A stretch of DNA of 64,000 bases, from positions 353,214,001 to 353,278,000 of the forward strand of contig OZ024741.1 of NCBI GenBank assembly GCA_964016885.1, given 5' to 3'. Both the position numbers and the translations under genes were made by a program. Positions 58,180 through 64,000 of the stretch are shown piece by piece. A model generated the notes under the pieces. The model did no database searches and was not told where the DNA came from. It saw nothing but the letters and a program-made list of their open reading frames with translations. Numbering within the stretch: position 1 is the stretch's first letter; each line of letters opens with the position of its first letter. Source of the stretch: Eledone cirrhosa. Its lineage: Eukaryota.

Positions 58180-58540
58180 TTGTTGTTCTTGTCGCTGTTG
58201 CTCTTGTTGTTGCTCTCGTTGCTCTTGTTCTAGATGTTGTTGTTATAGATGTTGTTGCTGCTGATGTTGTTGTTTCTGTTATTGTTGTTGTTGTTTCTGC
58301 TATTGCTGGTGTTGTTGCTGTTGTTGCTGTTGTTGTTTCTGCTGTAGCTGTTGTTGTTATAGTTGTTGTTGTTGTTGTTGTTGCTGTTGTTTCTGCTGCA
58401 GCTGTTGTTGTTATAGTTGCTGTTGTTGTTGTTGTTGTTGTTTCTGCTGTAGCTGTTGTTGTTATAGTTGTTGTTGTTGTTGTTGTTATAGTTGTTTCTG
58501 CTGTAGCTGTTGTTGTTATAGTTGTTGTTGTTGTTGTTTT
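58180..58540 (+). repeat. (GTT/GCT)n low-complexity array
   Basis: Directly visible. Confidence 0.9.
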
Positions 58541-58944
58541 TTATCCAGTGATATTTGATTGGTCAACACATCATAGAAGTATTGTAAACTACCAGATCGA
58601 TTGGCAGAGATGGTCGATTGAGAACAATGTAGGATATAGACATAATGGAGGAATCTGTAATAAATTATTAATTCTGTTAATTACTCCTTACTTAGAGTAT
58701 CTGGACATACTCATACTTCAATCATCCACTGACATTAATCCTATGTTTTATTAAAGCATCAGCCTACTGTTACCATGGTGATGTGAAATGTTCTGAAATA
58801 TTTCCCTACTACAAAAGAGATTATTGAAGTGCAGGAATGCACAGCTAACTGATGCTGTTTGGCGAGCAATAGCTATGGTAATCTACCACAGTAATGTGTT
58901 GAGGTAGTCCAACCAATGGAATATACTGTGATAATTATTAATAA

Positions 58945-59562
58945 TTGTTTCTACGTTTGGCACAAGGCCAGTAATTACCCAGTACATTACTGGTACTTTA
59001 TTTTATCGACCCCGTAAGGATGAAAGGCAAAGTTAACCTCGGCGGGATTTGAACTCAGAATGGCAAAGGCCGTAACTCTATGCGTCAAAGCATGGCGTCC
59101 GACCCTCTACCGATACTGCCAATCCACCTATTAATAATGATTTAAATGTAGGCACAAGGCCAGTAATTTGGGGAAGAGAGGATAGTCGATTAAATCGACT
59201 CCAGTGCATTACTGGGTTTCTAATTTAGACACAAGGCCAGGATTTTTTGTGGGACTGTCGATTAAAACCGACTGCAGTACTTGGATGGTATTTTACTTAT
59301 CGACCTCCGGAAGGATGCAATGTGGAATTTGAACTCAGAACATAAAGACCCGGAGCAAATACTGTTAGATGTGATTGAGGCTCAATGCCAACAATATTGG
59401 AAATGAGGAAGGTCGATTAAATCGACCCCAATGCGTTACTAGTACTTCGTTTTATCGATCTCGTAAAGACAAAAGGCAAAGCTAGCCTTGCTGGGGGTTT
59501 AAACTCAGAACGAAAAGTATGTCGAAAAGTATGTTGTCGATACTACCAATCCAGCGCCCTAT
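58945..59562 (-). mobile_element. Cluster of SINE family A copies and fragments
   Basis: One intact copy at 58945-59128 followed by several diverged partial copies. Confidence 0.75.
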
Positions 59563-60279
59563 GAATAATACTAATAATACGGATAATATTTTCTAAACCA
59601 AGACAGAGGGAACAGTCTGTTATACCAGTCCCAATTACTGGCTACTACATTTTTAAATCAATGTGTTCAACTCAAGACAAAGTAACAAAAAACGACTTCA
59701 TATATTATCAGTTGGTTAAGCTGCAATTATAAATGTGTTGTTGGACATCAGCCGGCTCCAATGATATGTAGTTTAGTTATTTGACTAAGGGAACAGCATG
59801 ACAGGGTGTGTAACAAAAGGCTGGTCCTTTGAATTACAGATACAGTCCATCCGATGGGCTTCCAAACAATTTCCATCAACCCAATCTCACTGACAAGACA
59901 AAGTTCTCCTTATGAGGAAAAAGTCAGAATGGTGAATTGTGAAGTAAAATTGCTATGCAATGGTTTTTAATAGTATATGAATTTAATACTCATTGAATGT
60001 AACTGAAGCTGTTACGTCGTTTGTGGAAAAAAATAATCAACATCAAATGAGAAACTGACTGGCTGAAACAAGTGCTAAAGTGTGAGTTAGCACACACATT
60101 AAATATTAGAAATCAACAACTGTAGTAAACTTGAGGTAAACATTAAACACTGAAAGCAAAACCAGAAATTCAAGAAACATTTCCTAGCTGATTATATAGA
60201 ACACAGGCATCAGATGTTCTCTGGTTATTCATACAAGTAAACCAGTAACATTGAGTTCAAGTAAATATTAATGTGAGCA

Positions 60280-60328
60280 AAAAACGTTTAAAAATAAAAA
60301 AAATCAGCCATATCAGACCATATTTGTT

Positions 60329-60404
<76 letters not shown>

Positions 60405-60451
60405 AACAAATATGGCCTGATATGGCTGATTTTTTATTTTTAAACGTTTTT
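60280..60451. repeat. Palindrome with ~50-bp arms centred on (TA)n
   Basis: AAAAACGTTTAAAAAT...CATATTTGTTTG-(TA)n-CAAACAAATATG...TTTAAACGTTTTT. Confidence 0.85.
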
Positions 60452-60460
60452 AATATATAT

Positions 60461-61604
<1,144 letters not shown>

Positions 61605-63409
61605 AAGGTATATATTGAGTTAGGAACTCAAAATAGTCTCTTACAATAACATATATATATTTCTTCAAAGTTACTCATACATTTGATTATGTATTGTACA
61701 TATATATTGAACATTAACGTAATTATATGGTAGCAATAAATTATTAAAATTCTATAGTTTTAATCATTTCTAGGTGTCAGTAATCATCATGAATTATGTT
61801 TATTTTTTTTTGTGCAAACCTTTAATTAATTAAAACGTAAAATTTTCTGGTTTGTATGATTGTTTAAATATGGGATAATCGTGGTATATATTACATACCA
61901 ATCCTGAACTCCAAAACTTATATACGTTCAACGCTACTACCTTCACTATTGACAGTATTAGTCAATTAGTTAATGTGAATTGCCGTCAGTCTTGACGATA
62001 CAGACTCATTAGATAAATATAATAATCTCTCATCTAGTTTTGTTATCTATCTACAGCATTCTAATTATGCCATTGAACATTGTGTAGTCAATTAAATTAT
62101 GATAATTATTTATTATCTGCAAATTTAATTATATAATTGCAAATATCAATGTCAATAACGAGAGTTAGTGTGACATAAACTTAGCTCATAGTTCATTTTT
62201 TATTCCTATTTCAAATTCCATTTCTTATCCTTTTGCTTTTCACATTTTTAACGCTACCACGAGTGTATTCATATAGAACAGCATATAGCCCCTTCCACAC
62301 ACACACACAAGTTTCCAGCTTATATCAATATGTACGGGTGTGGAGAAGTAAGTACAAAAACATTTTCATGTAGATTCCTTTCACAATTCTTTTTTTTTTT
62401 GTTTTTCATCTAGCCTTGTTCCAATGTCTAAACAGATGATTATTATTGTCGCTTTTAGGAGAATCGTTACAGCCTTGTGTCTTTACGTTCTGAGCTCAAA
62501 TCCTGCCAAAGTTCCAATTTGCACACATCCTTTCAGTATTGGTTGTTTTCATCAGATCATTAGCCCTTTGTGAAGTGGTAATGACAACCGTTGCTGAGTT
62601 AGGAAGCATTGAAACCATAAAGAAAATCAAGTAATATTTTTGTCTGAGAGACCTTTCCTGTCCGATTGTGAATCGGTGAAATAGGACTTAGTGGTCGCAG
62701 ATATTCTTTTGAAAAATGGTTGACAATTCCCATTTCTTTCTGTCTAATACACTTTAAAAGACACTCATACGTCTACACACACACACACACGCGCGCGTAA
62801 ATTTAATACCCCTCCATATTAAGAAAAAAAAGACGGACTCAGTGGGATTGAACACGAAACCATGTAGTTGCAAAGCGAACTACTTAACCATCCAGCCACG
62901 TGTGCGCTTATAGGTATAGACGCATGTATGGTTGTCTATACATACATATATGATGGCTGACCCCTCGTTATCGAGTATGGCCATTGCACGATATACCATT
63001 ATTAATAATTATTAATTAATTCTATCGTGCAATGCCTGTGCATGAAGATATTTTTTTAAAGTGAAGAAAGATTGTGCACTGAGCCAATCCCACTCTCTGA
63101 GCGACAGTAGGTATAACCCGAAAAGAAGAAAAGATCAACATCATCCGTAAATACTGAGCCGCAGGTTTTATATCGGAGTTATCCCAGTTTCCTGAGTTGC
63201 CTTTTCCTAGAAGAATGCCCCGACAAAGGCTAGGTGTCCTTCACTCATATACATACATATATACATACGTACATACATACATACATATATACATACATAT
63301 ATACATACGTACATAAATACATACATACATACATACATACATACATACATACATACATACATACATACATACATACATACATACATACATACATACGTAC
63401 ATACATACA

Positions 63410-63990
63410 TGGTGGCTGCCAACTCGTTTCCGAGTACGGCCACTACTTTACATCCATGTAGGAGAAACCCTACCGATGTGCTGAACGAGTGTGACTTTTT
63501 AGTCCAGCCAGCGACTTGAAAACTCTGGTACAAACACTACACTTGTGACAATTACTGACACATAGTGCTGGGCCCATGGTACCATGTGACGACAAGTGCA
63601 GAGAGATCTCCGTGAAGCTTTTATAGTGAGCAAAGGCACTGCACACAGCCAGTCCCACTCTCTTAACCAAGATGATATTTACCAAAAAGAAGAACAAGTC
63701 AACATCATTGGATACCATCAGGGCTGCAGGTGTTATATCAGAGTTTTCCTCCTCCTAGAATTCTGCCTTGACAAAGGCTAAGGAGTCATCTCTCCCGGTG
63801 ATTTTGGATGGCCATTGACTCTTAAGAGCTCCTTTGCCCTTTGACAGGTTTTGTTTTTAGTCCTGCAGGATGTCCAAAGTCACCTTCCTCACCAAGAAAC
63901 CTTGGTGGGGTTGCCAGTTTAGTCGCCAACGACCCGACCATGAGACAGGTTGTACTGGGATACATGTTACCAGTAACACCAACTGGTGAC
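63410..63990 (-). mobile_element. Internally deleted RTE-like LINE (5' UTR-like part plus C-terminal C2H2 finger fragment) in (TACA)n
   Basis: CSVCTRVFKSLAGLKSHTRSAH*. The 63640-63780 segment is repeated at 63080-63232. Possible HDV-like fold near the 5' end. Confidence 0.55.
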
Positions 63991-64000
63991 ATACATACAT

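Noticed and set aside
55121-58754. His/Pro-rich, Gly-Cys keratin-associated-like and poly-Val ORFs
   Set aside because: Trinucleotide low-complexity DNA open in several frames on both strands; one ORF starts inside a SINE.

Overview
Repeat-dominated, AT-rich eukaryotic (metazoan) DNA. The SINE families and the very dense (TA)n/(CA)n/(TACA)n microsatellites suggest an octopus or other cephalopod (inference). I cannot confidently identify any intact host gene, and most predicted ORFs are microsatellite artefacts. 2.8-10.9 kb holds a cluster of non-LTR retrotransposons in (AAT)n: three R4/Dong-like RLE LINE copies (one near full length, decayed) and a Tx1/L1-like fragment. 10.9-26.6 kb holds three adjacent tandem arrays with 33/38-bp, ~59-bp and ~58-bp units. 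The rest is a mosaic of tRNA-derived SINEs, RTE fragments, mariner MITEs and Penelope-like element (PLE) remnants. The main observation is that many short non-coding inserts between (TA)n tracts belong to several unrelated families carrying type I hammerhead ribozyme motifs. At least three look intact by hand-pairing (61154-61233; 32454-32564; 32134-32221 plus its mirror copy). Many of these inserts are fold-back, 5'-inverted structures. Together they suggest a diverse population of (TA)n-targeting, ribozyme-bearing non-autonomous PLE/retrozyme-like elements. All RNA folds were paired by eye, not computed.
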